Assembly: GCF_000315625.1 (NCBI RefSeq)
Contig: NW_005434667.1
Span: 248,707 to 312,706 of the forward strand
Source of the DNA: Guillardia theta CCMP2712
Lineage: Eukaryota > Protista > Cryptophyta
Length of the DNA stretch: 64,000 bases
Direction of reading: 5' to 3'
Positions 26,516 to 39,430 of the stretch are shown piece after piece. A program made the position numbers and the translations under genes. Numbering within the stretch: the stretch's first letter is position 1; every line of letters begins with the position of its first letter. The notes under the pieces were generated by a model that worked only from the letters and a program-made list of their open reading frames with translations, was not told the origin of the DNA and did not search any database.

Positions 26516-28091
26516 ATGAAGTCAAACTTGATCGCACGTCGCTATCATGTTTGGCCCGGCAACAACATCTTCTGCTGCTATGGTATGATCGTGTCAGTAT
26601 GCAACTAGATAGTGAGACAAGTCTGCAGGACGGGTCATGCTTGGTCCAGGAATCTATGCCTGCATCGGAACCTTGCTCCTTATTATTGTTCCTTCAACTC
26701 TCTTCTTCTCTAAAACGTTCCCATGTCTCTTTAGACGAATCCCCCATGACTTCACTTTACCGCAGTTGTCCCATCCTCCTCTCACATCAAGACAGCGTGG
26801 CTCTGGTTGTCATCGCAGCCATCTTGTTGATTCTGCTGCTCTACTTCTTCTTCCGAACAGCAGTCTGTGATCCAGGTCCAAGCCCCTCATCCTCGTCCTT
26901 GCTCACGCCATCATCTCCAGGGATCATCCCGAGACGAGACGGATATCTGGATGCTCGCTTGCAGCGCCTCGTGCCCTCGTGAGCTTCATGCTGCAAGATT
27001 TCCTGAGTGACGATGTTGCTGTCAGGGCGCAAGGAGTTGTTGTCAACGGCAGGGTGATGACCCTCAAGTACTGTACTACCTGCAACATCTACCGGCCGCC
27101 GAGGTGCTCACACTGCAAGGTGACGCGAGCCCTTGCGGGCTCCTCGCAACTCTCCCTCTCCTCCTGCCTCATCGGCCTCGCAGATCTGTGACAACTGCGT
27201 CGACCGATTCGACCATCACTGTCCCTGGGTCGGGAACTGCATCGGGAGGCGGAACTACCGCTGGTTCTTGTTCTTTACTTTGGACTCTGCCATCTACGCG
27301 TGAGAAGATGAAGAGAGGTGGGGATGTGCTCGCGTGTGCTTACTGGCTGCAGCATCTACCTCTTCGCCCTCTGCATCCGAGCTCTCTATCTCGCTGGGCT
27401 GGAAGCTGCTCCTTATGACGTCGTCTCCGCGTTCATCACTGGCGCATCCTCGAATCCATCGACGGTGAGAAGGACGAGACGAGAGGACGAGTTGTGATCA
27501 CCTCGTAGGTCTCGATCGCCATCGTCTGCGTCCTCTCTTTGTTTTTCACAGGCGCACTCTCCGCCTTCCACATCTACCTGCTCTCCGCAAACATCACAAC
27601 CAACGAACATGTCGCTCCCAGTCTCCTGCTCCTTCCTTACTGACGCGGTTTCAATCTCAGATGAAGGGAGTTTTCGGAGACTCTGAAAGCTTCTACAACA
27701 AGGGGTTCTGTCGCTCCTCTCCTCCTCTCCTGCTTGCTGACCTCGCGACCTCAGGTGTCAGGAGAACTGGCTCGAAACCATCTTCGACCCCGTTCCAGAA
27801 TCTCTTGTTGACGCAGCAGGCACGCTTGATCCCATCTTTGCCCCGCCCCTTGTTCGCGTTACAACAACCTCCTCTCCGGCCTCTCCTCCTCCATCCGCTG
27901 CATTCAACTATGAACTCTCCTCCTCCCAATCCCTCTCTCCTTATTCTCCTCTGTTTCCTTCATCCTCCTGCCACATCTCATCTCTGCTCGCAGAGAGTGT
28001 AGTCTGTGAAGACCAAGGAGCAGAAGGAAGCTCGATGCTTCCCCTGGCGCAGGCAGCGGTGAGAGAAGAGCTTCACCCGTGCGTCTGCTGA
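26516..28091 (+). CDS. DHHC palmitoyltransferase, ERF2/ZDHHC9-like
   Basis: [34 protein letters not shown]|[32 protein letters not shown]. 3' end approximate. Confidence 0.9.
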
Positions 28092-28779
28092 TCTCGGTGA
28101 CTGCAGGAGCTCAGGATGGTCACGACGACAGCAGGTTTCCTCTTCCCTCCACCTCCTTGAGTGAGCTGACCAGCCGTAGAACAAGCAGGCGGCGACCAGC
28201 CAGAGCCGTATGACAACCCTCTGCTCAACCGCCTGCCCAGGATGTGACAGTCCAGTGATGTGTTGCAAGAGCAGGGGGACAGATGGAGCTAGTCTCCTTT
28301 ATTCGCTTCATTTCATCTTCTCCGCTCTCATCCTCTTCTCCCTTCTACGTTTAATAACATCGCTCAAAGAAACCCCCGCTGAGCTGGCGGCCACGTAGAG
28401 ACTTCCAACCTGGAGATGCAAGTCAAATCACGTTGAGTGAGGTCAACGATCGCTATCACTGTCGCCAACGCCTGAAGCACAACCATGATCATCTACAACA
28501 ACACCATCGTCATCGGCACAGCATCCCACAGCAAACTTCCTTGCCGAAAGTAGTAGCTGGTGGCCGTGCGCTGCTAGCACCTCGACGAAATGCCGTCGGC
28601 TCACAACCATCATGATGCAATCAGCGAGTCTGAGCCTCGAGGTGAGCCCGCGCAGTGAGAGCAGGAGGAGCAGGAGGAGCAGGAGGAGCAGGAGGAGCAG
28701 GAGGAGCTGGAGTACGAGATGCAGAAGAAGGCGGAGCTGACGAGTCCTGCCAGGTCGGTGAGCGATCATCTTGACCTCC

Positions 28780-29071
28780 TCACCCACCATGAATGCGAAG
28801 AGCGGCGAAGGTCTGCAGGAAAGACCCGAAGAAAACTAGACCCATAGCCACGAAGAGAAGGAGAGACGTCGGAATGGGAACCTGCAAGTGTCGACTGAGC
28901 GCAGACCCAGTGTGGCAAGGGGAACCGACGTAAGAGATCGTCCAGCTGACGACCACCATGGCGTTGAGTATGATGACCTGCAAGGCGTAAGAGCTCTCGT
29001 GCTCCCCTCCCTCTCACCTGCAGAGTTCCGCAGACGAGGATCCACCAGCGGATGCTCTGATCCTTGGCCAT
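28780..29071 (-). CDS. Small hypothetical membrane protein (partial; may continue downstream)
   Basis: MAKDQSIRWWILVCGTLQ spliced (GT-AG) to VIILNAMVVVSW...LLLFVAMGLVFF; two hydrophobic segments, no family recognised. Confidence 0.35.
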
Positions 29072-29294
29072 GGCTGAAGCGACACACTGTCACTGCTGAC
29101 AAGCGAGGATCAAGTGACATGGACCTGAGCAGACGACGATGGAAAGAGCAGAGAGAGGGGCAGCAACGTCAAGATGGAAGGAAGAGCTCGGGCAGCTAAG
29201 CAATAAAATCGGCTAGAGCGAGGGCATGATGTCGGTAACGAAACCTCACAGAACCAGGTACCAAGTAAGAGGCAGGATAAGGTGAAGGTGCAGG

Positions 29295-29392
29295 TGTAGG
29301 AGCAGGAGCAGATGTAGGAGCAGGAGCAGGAGCAGGTGTAGGAGGAGCAGGAGCAGGAGAAATGTAGGAGCAGGAGCAGGAGCAGGTGTAGG

Positions 29393-29427
<35 letters not shown>

Positions 29428-29475
29428 ATATGTAGGAGCAGGAGCAGATGTAGGAGCAGGAGCAGGAGCAGATGT

Positions 29476-29553
<78 letters not shown>

Positions 29554-29570
29554 AGGAGCAGGAGCAGGAA
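29295..29570 (+). repeat. (GCAGGA)n hexamer microsatellite with ATGTAG interruptions; shorter related array at ~28659-28710
   Basis: Read directly. Confidence 0.92.
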
Positions 29571-29978
29571 CTTGGTCCTCGATGTTCCGCCCGATTTGTT
29601 GCATCCCCGCTCAGGCCCAGCAGGGTAAATCCTATGCATCCTAAGTAGGTAGGGTGCTCATTGTACAGGGTACATGAGGAACAGAGGGGGTATGTAATGA
29701 TAAAAATAGGGTGAAAAGTCATACATTAACATGGTGGGTACTTTGGATTGAAGGGTAGGGGTATACCAAAATATTGACAGGGTAGGGTGGTACTTGGAGA
29801 GAACGGGATGCACGCGCTCAGACGGGGATAGGAAGAGAAGGGGAGGAGAAGATGAGGAGAAGATGAAGATGAGAAGATGAAGGGAAGAGCAACACCACAC
29901 TGATAGACAACGACAGACTTCACTCGCAACATCTCTACTGCCTCTAGTCTACAGCTGAGTCGACAGAGATCCAGCGAC

Positions 29979-32005
29979 ATGCGGCCGGTCTCTTCGGCTC
30001 CTCGGCGCTCGAGGCTCGTCGGATGTCTGGTCATCAGGGTCTCTCTCTTTCTCCTCCTCCTCGCTGTGCCCATGGGCGTCTCCCTCCCCAGCGTCCGGCT
30101 GGAGAGACAGCATGCCTCTCCTCCAGCTCCCCGCCTCTCACTGCGAGGAGGTGCTGGCTTTCCCCCCATGTCCACCGACCAAGTCGCCGGCATGATGACG
30201 CCGGACATGATCAAGGCGGCAGGGCAGATGATGGCGAACATGGATGGCAACGCTCTGACGTCCATGATGAACATGGCTGGCAACTTTGCTGGCGCGCCGC
30301 CAGATTTCCGCATGGACCCGAACGAACTACGGGAGGCAGCGCAGAAGCTCTCGAGCCTGAGCTCGGAGGAGCTGTTGAGCTTCAGGACTGAGGCCATCGA
30401 GGCTTCTAAGTTCGACAGGGATCCTCAAGTTCGGAGAGCTCTCGATGCAGCGACAGCCCTGAAGCAGGAGGGGAACTCGATGCATGTGCAGAGCAACTAC
30501 ACAGCTGCGGTTGAGAAGTATGCGGAGGCGAGAGAGGGGCTGGCGAACATGACCAAGTCCAAGGAGGCGAGAGTCCTGATTCGCAGCTGCCTGCTGAACG
30601 AAGCAAGCTGCTACATCAAGATGAAAGAGTTCGCCAAAGTGGTGGACCTGTGCGACCAGGTGCTAGAGCATGAGACGTTAAACTTCAAGGCCTTGTATCG
30701 GAGGGGCTTGTCGTACAAGGAGCTGGCCTTGGCTTGCAGAAGTGAAGAGCAAGGAGGAGACGTGGCAGTGAAGCACTTGCGTCAGGCCCTCAACGACGTG
30801 TGGAGCGCTCTTTGCATCGATCGGTCGGATGAGGTGGTAAAGCAAACGTACGAGGAGATCAAGGAGTGCATGGAGTCTGTGGGGCTGGGCCATGAGATCG
30901 AGAAGATCGAGAAGAGTGCAGAGCAGGTGGTGGAGGAGAGGCTGCAGCAGAGAGCGAGGAAGGACATCTGGTCCCACAACCATCATCATACCCCTCCCCA
31001 CAAACGAAAGTTGATGCAGCTCGTGGACGCCGTAAGCAGCAACTGCACTGAAGTGAAGGAGGGAGCCAAGCTGCTGCGGAGTTTGGATGCAGACAACATG
31101 CTGGACCTAGTCAAGTCGTTCTCGTCCTTGAGTCTCGGTGAGTGTCTGAGCGGCTCCGGCTGCCTCGTGCCTGATGAGCTGGTGGCAGGCAACGCGAGCA
31201 AGCAGGAAGTGTTCACGGCCATCAATCTCCTGCAGCAGATGAATCAGACGCAACTGATCGACGAGTCTAACAAGATCCTTGACAATGCAGAGCAAGACGC
31301 ATCCTCCCCTCCGAGGTTTGACACTCGGTCTCCCATGTTCCCTCCCGGCTTCCCCGACCTCAACAATCCTTTCGCTGCTCTCCAACCCTCCATGCCGGGG
31401 ATGAAACCTCCCGGTGGCCTGGGGATGAACTTTCCGGGTATGGATGAGGCGGCCGGACCGTTTGGGCCAGAGATGAACAAGCAGGTGCGAGGAGGAGGAG
31501 CAGGAGCAGGAGAAGTAGGGAAGAGAGAGGCAGGAGGAGGAGGACGAAGGGAACGAGAAGTGACTTTTGAGATACGCAGGTGAAACAGGTGATGGACAAC
31601 TTGCAGAAGTTTTACGAGCTGGCGATGAAGGTGAGGAGAGCATACCTCAAGGTGCGAAAGATCGCGCCATGGCTCTCAGTCTCGAGGATCCGCACGCTCT
31701 TCACAATCCGCTGGGTGCTCAAACGCTTCATCCTCCCTCGGGTGGGCGGCTACGAGGGCGTGGCTAAGGGGATGAGACTGTGCGCGAACATCGCGGTGGG
31801 GAAGACGACGGTGGAGGAGGTGCTGCGGCAGGGAGAGTCGTGGACGAGCTGGGGAGAGCGGCTCTTCCATGAGAACCCCAAGAGGACGGCGTCGTTCTTC
31901 CTCGGGCTAGGGGCGGTGCTAGCGCTGGTGCTGAGGGAGGTGGCGGCAAGGGTGGTCGCATATCTTGTGGAGGACAAGGAGGTGAGGGTGAAGGAAATTC
32001 GTTGA
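29979..32005 (+). CDS. OEP61/TPR7-like TPR chaperone receptor with signal peptide, LRGG-ending presequence and C-terminal membrane anchor
   Basis: MMTPDMIKAAGQMM start; TPR clamp LKQEGN..AAVEKY..LLNEASCYIK..KALYRRG; C-terminal FFLGLGAVLALVL; intron 31485-31579. Confidence 0.75.
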
Positions 32006-32029
32006 GGGAGCTGGAGGAGGAGCAGGAGG

Positions 32030-34952
32030 TCATGAAAGATTGTATTTCTTTGCGTCAAGAAAGGACTTGAACTGCGTCTGAAGTTTGCGGCTGAGGAAGG
32101 CGAAGAGGGACTGGAGCAGGGGCTTCTTGTCGGGGGAGGAGAAGAGGTGGAAGAGGTCCTGAAAGATACGCTGCTTGTCACTGTCCTCCTCCTTCAGGCC
32201 TGTCATCGCCTTCCTGAAGGTCTGGTACCCTTCCTTCCCTAAATCCTGCTTCACCTTCAGCAAGAACGCTTCCTGCTCCGACCTCTTCCCCGGCGCTGGC
32301 GCTGCCACAGAGGCTGTCGTCGCCGGCAGCTCTTTCGACCTTGGAGGACGAGGAGGAGGAAGAGGACGAGGAGGAGGCTCCGACGACCTCATGGTCCGTA
32401 ACTGAGCGGAGAGAGAGAGAGCAGGCGTCTTGTCCGAGGTAACTCCTCCCCCACCTCCTGTGCTATCCTCTTCCAGCTCCGTTAACAGGGTACCCAACCC
32501 AGCAGCTGAACTCCCGCTCCCGTTGCTCTCCTTGACCTTCAGGTCCCGGTAGCTCTCGTACTCGATCAAAGTCTCCTGCCTCACCCGCTCCTCCACCTTC
32601 TGCGACTTGAGCACCACAACCTGCTCAGACGAGCGAGGGGGTGGAAACGACTCGACTCCGACAGGAGGAGGTTCACTTTCAGCTAGAGCAGAGCTGTGCT
32701 TGTGCTTCTGGAAGAAGTTGGCGAGTTGCTGAGTGACGGGGCCGAACTCGTCCTTCACTTCGATCCTCCCCTGCACCCACCGCGACAGCAGCGGCTGCCT
32801 CGTCCAACCCGCAAACCTCTCATCGCACAGCAGGATCGCACCGAAGTCTTCCTTGTGCCGGATCACTCGCCCGATGGCCTGGTTGACCGCCCGCGCCGCT
32901 TGCTGCATGTACCACTTCTCCCCGTTCACCGTCGTGCTCGAGTCCTTGGGCTGCCTCCCCGCCACCTCGTCCATGTAGGATCGCTTGAGCACGACTCTGG
33001 GGTCCAGCAGCGCAGGGAACGGGAGGCCCGTGATGATGACGGCCCGGCCGTGACGGTCAGCGAAGTCGATCCCCTCGCTCATCTTCCCCCTACACACTGC
33101 CATCAGGATCGCCCCGACGCTCCCCTGCTTGTCAACCTGGTTGTCAAATCGTGAGACCCCACCAGCCCCCCTCGCAGCTGAGGACCTGCTCGGTGTACGC
33201 CGTCACTGTGGCCTTGAAGTTCGCGCTCTCCCTGGGCTCCACGAAGACGTGCTTGTGGCGAGCTATCCTGTCCCAGATGCCGACGTTCTGCCACTCTTGG
33301 ATGGTGTTGGTGAGAGCGCTGTAGGAGGGAAAGAACACCAGAAGCCCATCCGGCACGATCCTGCACGTATTTACAATCACATTCCCCAGGTCATGGATCA
33401 TCTCTTTGTTGTCCTTGTTGCGGTAGCTGCTGTTCAAGACTGTCCCTCGAGGCCCTCGTCTCAGCACCGCAGCGAAGATCTGCTCGTCAGAGATCACGTG
33501 CTCATTCTCCAGTACCACCTCAAACTTCATCTCCATCTCGATCGACCATGAAGACATGGGCGACAGAGTTCCACTTGCCAGCACGATGTTTCTGACGCCC
33601 TGCTGAAGGATGTCCCGCATCGTCACCCCAGCGCTGAAGCACCAGTAGCCCAGCGAGCGACCTCGTCTCGCTCTTGCTGCGGGAAAGAAGGAGGCCAGGC
33701 TGTTCCTCTCGGCCTTGGAAACTTTCTTGTTTTCTGGCTCGTCGCTCACGAACACCCGGTACAGCCTGGAGACGTTCTGGAGATCAGAGGGCTTGAAGAC
33801 GATCTCGACAGCATCCGCAAACGACTTGAGAGCTGGGTTCGTCGTCATCGCCGACCCCTGCACCTCCAACAGCATGCTTACTGCTCTGCCGAGCATGAGG
33901 CAGAGCTCGGGAGCGTTGGTCATGTTGACCCCAGCAGAGTTGAACACCTCGAAGATGAACTCACCGCGTCGAGTGGCTGAGGGAGGAGATCCCAACAGCT
34001 CGATGGTGTCCAGCTGCTTCTCGAACGCGAGGAGGATGTGCTTGAGAATCTCGAGCTCACTCACGGAGGGCGGGTCAGCGAAGCTCATCTCCATCGGGTT
34101 CTCGCGCATGGCAATGCAGCGGTCGATCTCGCTCACGCAGATGGCGATGTCGCTGGAGCAGATGTCGAAGGAAGCAGCGTCCGAGCAGATCGTCTCCATG
34201 TTGTGAGCCTCGTCGATCACCACGATGCTGTCCTTCCACAAGTGCAGCAAGGACTTGCGGGACGCTGGATCAGTCAGGTAGTTGTACGGCATGAAGACAA
34301 CTTCGGCATCTGACGAGAGGTCGCGAGACAAGTAGTAGGGGCAGACCTTGTGCGTGGTGCCATGCTTGCACAAGTCCTCGATGTCCATAAGCTCCTCCAC
34401 GACTTCCTTCCTCTCGTGCTTGTGGTCCATTACGTTCCTATAGTACCCGCAAGCTTGTGCCCCAACCAGTTTCGAGCATGCAGCGTTCTGCGCACTTCCT
34501 CGCAGCTTCGATACCTCAGGATGTATGCAGAGCTGCTGGCGCGATCCCAGCACCGCCATACGCGGCTTGTAGGAGGACGCACGCAGCTCTCGCACGACCT
34601 GTGTCAACTGACCATGCGTGCGAGACATGTAGACCAGGCGGCTCGACCCCGGAGAGGACGGGAGGGGATGCATGGAAGGCGGGAGGGACGCAAGCTCAGG
34701 CGGCAAGGAGCTCTGGCTCGACACCTTGCTTGAGTTCTTCCACCCGAGAACTCCGCAGAGGAGGCACAGGGTCTTTCCTGTCCCTGTGGGGCTCTCGAGG
34801 AGCGCATGGCGTCCAGGAGCGCTGAGAGCATCGATGAGAGCTTCGAGGAGCCTCACCTGAGAGCCATACGGCCTAAAGGGAAACTCAACCCTCACCCCCC
34901 TCACCTCCACCCCTCCTCCTCCTCCTGTCCCCTTGCTCCTCCCTCCCGCCAT
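32030..34952 (-). CDS. RTEL1: RTEL1-like Fe-S DEAH (Rad3/XPD family) DNA helicase
   Basis: FPFRPYGSQ, LESPTGTGKTL, SRTHGQLTQ, CPYY, IDEAHN, SGTLSP, VCRGKMSEGIDF, RAVNQAIGRVIRH; C-terminal harmonin-N-like helical domain; one intron ~33136-33185. Confidence 0.9.
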
Positions 34953-35068
34953 CTTTTAATCTTTAGTTATATCGCCGGATCCCCTTGAAAAAGTTTCCCT
35001 CTTGAATGGGAGCGTAGAGTTGGGTGGTCAACTTGGAACAGAGGCACAAGAAGGCTAGAAGACCAGCT

Positions 35069-35566
35069 CGAGACGAGACGAGATGAGACGAGACGAGGAG
35101 AGACGAGAAGAGAAGAGAAGAGACGAGAAGAGAAGAGAGGAGAAGAGAGGAGAAGAGAGACGAGACGAGAAGAGAAGAGAAGAGACGAGAAGAGAAGAGA
35201 AGAGAAGAGAAGAGAGAAGAGATGAGACGAGAAGACAAGAGACGAGAAGAGAAGAGAAGACAAGAGACGAGAAGACAAGAGAAGAGAAGAGAAGAGAAGA
35301 GAAGAGAAGAGAGGAGAAGAGAGGAGAAGAGAGAAGAGAAGAGACGAGAAGACAAGAGACGAGAAGAGAAGAGAAGAGACGAGAAGACAAGAGACGAGAA
35401 GAGAAGAGAAGAGACGAGAAGAGAAGAGAGGAGAAGAGAGACGAGACGAGACGAGAAGACAAGAGACGAGAAGAGAAGAGACGAGAAGACAAGAGACGAG
35501 AAGAGAAGAGAAGAGACGAGACGAGACGAGACGAGACGAGAAGAGAAGAGAAGAGACGAGAAGAGA
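35069..35566 (+). repeat. Compound pentamer microsatellite (GAGAA/GAGAC/GACAA/GAGAG)
   Basis: About 100 pentamers read directly; same type at 51784-51873. Confidence 0.95.
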
Positions 35567-36320
35567 ACAAGAAATCAGAAGTCGACGACGCGGAAGCAGA
35601 TGGTCGTAGAATATCACCACTGTCACAATACAGTGAGATACTTATCATCGGCATCGATTGATCAGTGAATGTGTCAGCAGCCTATTGGACTGACTTCTTT
35701 CTCAGGTGAATGTCAAGTCGACCTTGTCGAAATTCAGTGTCAGAGACGTGACGAGTAACAAGCGACTCGTCCAGGTATTCGGTCGCGTCACAAACTCTTT
35801 AGCCACTGCTGTCTGTAGGACGAAATGCAACAACTTTACAGGTTGAAGTATTTGTCTTTATCTCTTCGTTGAGAAATCGTCTCCTCTCTCAGCTTGTCAT
35901 CTCTCGCTTGCTTGTCCTCGTCTTCTCCTGTTACGATTGTTTGGTCTCACTGGGGTCGCGCTAGGACATGCCCCTTTCTATGTGCCTATGACAGGAGGGA
36001 GTCAGAGATGAAGAAGGCTGCATCTGCTACAGCCACTGGGTGTTTCGATTATTGCGTCGTCCTACAACCACTCAAGGTGGAAAGAAGCTTGTGAAGGGTT
36101 GACTTGACATGGACTTTCTTGCTGTGTCCTCCGATTGTAGCGCGTTTAACAAACACGAGCAATGTCTCTGAGGATGAGGATGGGGGCGATGACTTTCAGC
36201 TTCATCTGCATGACACTGGGGCCTGCAGGGAGGGTGAGACCAACATGCCCCAACATGCAATTGGAGCAGCGACAGACACAAAGATGTAGAGCTTGTATCA
36301 TTACATGCTACAATCCACGA

Positions 36321-37043
36321 TCAAGGCGTGGCTTCCTGAGAGCTCGAGCAAACTTTAGCACTCTGCTCAAGGATTTGTCGTTCTCTGTGCCTCCTCTGCG
36401 CTTCACGATTCTGCCTGCGTCTCTTCTCCTTCCTCAGCTCGTCTGCAGACATGGAACACACGGGCAAGCCCGCGTTCGAACTTGCGTCGCTTGGCATGCT
36501 GACGTCATCGAAATAAGTTTTCGGAAAGGGCAAAGGCTTTGACTCCATGAGGGTCGTGGGTTTGCATCCCTTGTCTGGCATCGGAAAATCGAAGTTGTGA
36601 ATGATGTTGGAGAGAGACGGCTCCTTCCTCCTTGAGCTCGAGTCCCCATTGTTGTCCTCCAGCTCTTTCCGCAGCTGGCAAATGTCTCGTCGCAGATTCT
36701 TGTTTTCCGCGAGGAGCAGAGCATTTCTCGAGTCGGAGAGTGCCAGCAACTGAGACAGGGACTCGTTCTGGGAGAGGAGGTCCGACACGTTGGACTCCAA
36801 CCTCTGAACATAAGCTCGCGCTTGATCCCTCGAGCGCTTCGCCGCTAAGCGATTCTTGAGAGCTCTCTCGCATTTCTTCATGTCCGTCAACTTATCTCCA
36901 TCCTGAGGCAGCGCCTGTGGATCAGGCAGAGCCTCTTCCTCTGTGCCAACTCCTGCCGAGGATGCTGAGTCACCAGCAACCTCTAGTTTCGTGTGCAAGA
37001 TCTGTGCCACTTCCTTCTCCAATGCTGTTAGCGGTTCGGACAT
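36321..37043 (-). CDS. bZIP transcription factor with a second C-terminal basic region
   Basis: RALKNRLAAKRSRDQARAYVQRLE plus leucine heptads; second motif KRRRQNREAQRRHRER. Confidence 0.8.
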   Translation of the reverse strand: MSEPLTALEKEVAQILHTKLEVAGDSASSAGVGTEEEALPDPQALPQDGDKLTDMKKCERALKNRLAAKRSRDQARAYVQRLESNVSDLLSQNESLSQLLALSDSRNALLLAENKNLRRDICQLRKELEDNNGDSSSRRKEPSLSNIIHNFDFPMPDKGCKPTTLMESKPLPFPKTYFDDVSMPSDASSNAGLPVCSMSADELRKEKRRRQNREAQRRHRERQILEQSAKVCSSSQEATP

Positions 37044-38582
37044 AGCTTCATGACCCAGAAAGCATGAGCTTGACAGGCACCTATATCCTCACACCCACAC
37101 GATGACTCAACTACAATTCGGTTCCCTCACCGTATCGGGCCCGACGAAGAGGGCCAACAGTGATTGACTTTCGTGATCCGTTTATCTGATGATGAAGCAA
37201 ACAAGCTTCGAAGATTCCCGAGGAGAATTGACACCGAGAGCGATCGGATCTCCCTTTACGCGCGAGAATGAAACCGAATGTTCGTGAAGCTATGACGGAG
37301 CTCAAGGATAGGAGGACGCAATGAGCAACTTCAAGGCTCTCGGACAGTATCTGACTGCGATGTAGCACACGATCACGAGCGGAAGAGAGGAGGAGGAGGA
37401 GGAGCAGCAGGAGGCGATGCGAGCAGAGCGATCCGAGCAGAGCCTCACTGCATACGCAGTTGGAAATGCACAACTCGATGGTGGGGGTCAATCATTGGGG
37501 GTGGGGTATTAAGAACCCCAAAAAGACATCATGAATATGGGGTACTTTCATATGAGATATGTGGGTAGGGTAGTAAATTTTGAAGATATGTGGGGGGTAG
37601 TGTGTACAAGATAGGGGTGGAGGTGAAGTCAGCATGTCAGGAGGAAACACATCGATGGCTCCATAGATTTTTTGATGGGGGTACAGGCCAGTGGGGTAGT
37701 ATAAAAGATGGGGTGATAAAATTCAGGGTGGGTACCATGAGGGAATTTACCCTTCAGAATCCTGGACTTCAAAGGGTACCAAGCCATGGAGGCCGTGTAT
37801 TAATAGGGTAGGGTGATTGGTAGGGGTGGTATAAACTGAGCTAAAACATTTTTTTGTGGTGGTCATATTGTGAACCACACGGTGGCAAATGGCAGGGTAG
37901 GGGGTGGTCTCACTCAAGGGTGATAATGAAAGATGTCACCATGTACCGGTATATAGACCATCAATTTACGTGAAAAAACGGGGTACACATCGATTCTGAT
38001 GGTGCACTGTAAATTTGAGGGGGTAGGGGTGTTGGCGTGTGCGACAGTCAGCCTGTGTCAACCACAAACCTGCTGACCCTACCCCACATTTGATCCTTCC
38101 ATATCACCCCTACCCCCTACTTCTAGATCCATTGTGGGGAAACACACTTAAACTGAGGATGCGGAGGCACTACCCCTACCTCCTGGATAACACTGCTGGT
38201 CCTGCTGCTGACGCTTCGTATAGAAGTCAAGAGTTTCGCCGGACCCGGCGGGATGGCACAGGCTCAGTAGTTCAGCCTACCGGCGTTCCCGGCCGCGATG
38301 ATGCAACGGCCGGGCGGGCCCGGCCCGGGCCGCGTGTCGCCGGGCGTGACGCGTGACAGGAGAGCCGAGCCTCGGAGTACTGACTCCGTGAGTACGGGGC
38401 AGTGTGTCACGGTCTACCGTACTTTCAGTGACATTTGTGTGTGACTTTTGAATTACGAGTACGGTCGGGGAAATACTAAGATGATAGAAAGAATGGATTC
38501 AAGTTTAATTATACACTGATGATGCACATCTGAGCTGAAATCGTAACATGTTGTAGCTAGGGCACATGCCAATTGCACTAGT

Positions 38583-39430
38583 TTAGAGGAGCTTATCATG
38601 GATTCCTCCGGTGATCTTTCCACTAAGCATTTGCTTGACCGGGCTGAGACGAATGGATAAGCACCAGTCTTCATTTCAGATATGAATGCGACATACCAGA
38701 ATCCGATGGCCTGGAAGATCATCTTCTTCTGGTCGGGAGTGAGGTTGCCGACCAAATCGACCGATACGTGGATGCTGTAGACGAGTCAGTTGCAGGACTG
38801 ACAGACATTTGGTCAGCATAACCTGTCCGGAACTTGTTTGCCGGCTTCAAACTTGTCTTGAACTTCAACTTTGATCTGCGCAAGGAATCAACTTCACATT
38901 ACACAGAACATCCACTTGACATCACCTCCTTCAAGGCGTCCGCAGGAAGTTTGCCGTCCTTGACCAAGGTAGAGGTGAAATGCTGCAAGGTCATGCTTGT
39001 GCATGCAGCCAATCCGGACAGCACCAAGTTCTACACAAGAACACTGTTTTAGAAGAGATCCCACGGGTGCATTACGATGTACCTTCGGGTTGGGGTTCAG
39101 GCATGCCTGACCAGGCATAGGTGGCAATTCAGCAACAATCTCTGTCAAAACAGTCAAACGCTTATGGCGATAAACTTGAAGCGACATCGTATGCTATACA
39201 GAAATAAAACGGAAACAAAGTGATCTCAAGCTAGTCATCAACACAGAAACTTGGCTCGCATGATTTTGAGAGCGAACTGAACACAACAAAGGCGGGTGGA
39301 AACTAGGGATGAACAGACCTGATGATCCGCCAAAGTTGATGCGGGTAGTGAAGTCGAGGCCCTTGGCAGAGGAGGTGACAGAGGACCAGCGACGAGTCGC
39401 AGGAGCGAACATACGAAGACGAGAGAGCAT
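38583..39430 (-). CDS. OsmC/Ohr-family protein with a probable mitochondrial presequence (missed by the ORF track because of tiny exons)
   Basis: Manual splicing over about six short GT-AG introns gives MLSRLRMFAPATRRWSS...PNPKNLVLSGLAACTSMTL...IFQAIGFCPVKQML, with both conserved OsmC cysteines. Confidence 0.8.

Noticed and set aside
29110-29722. PAPA / poly-L / CSCS ORFs
   Set aside because: (GCAGGA)n repeat translated in three frames.
34963-35668. ORFs rich in EKRR or SSLLF on both strands
   Set aside because: Stop-free microsatellite artefacts.
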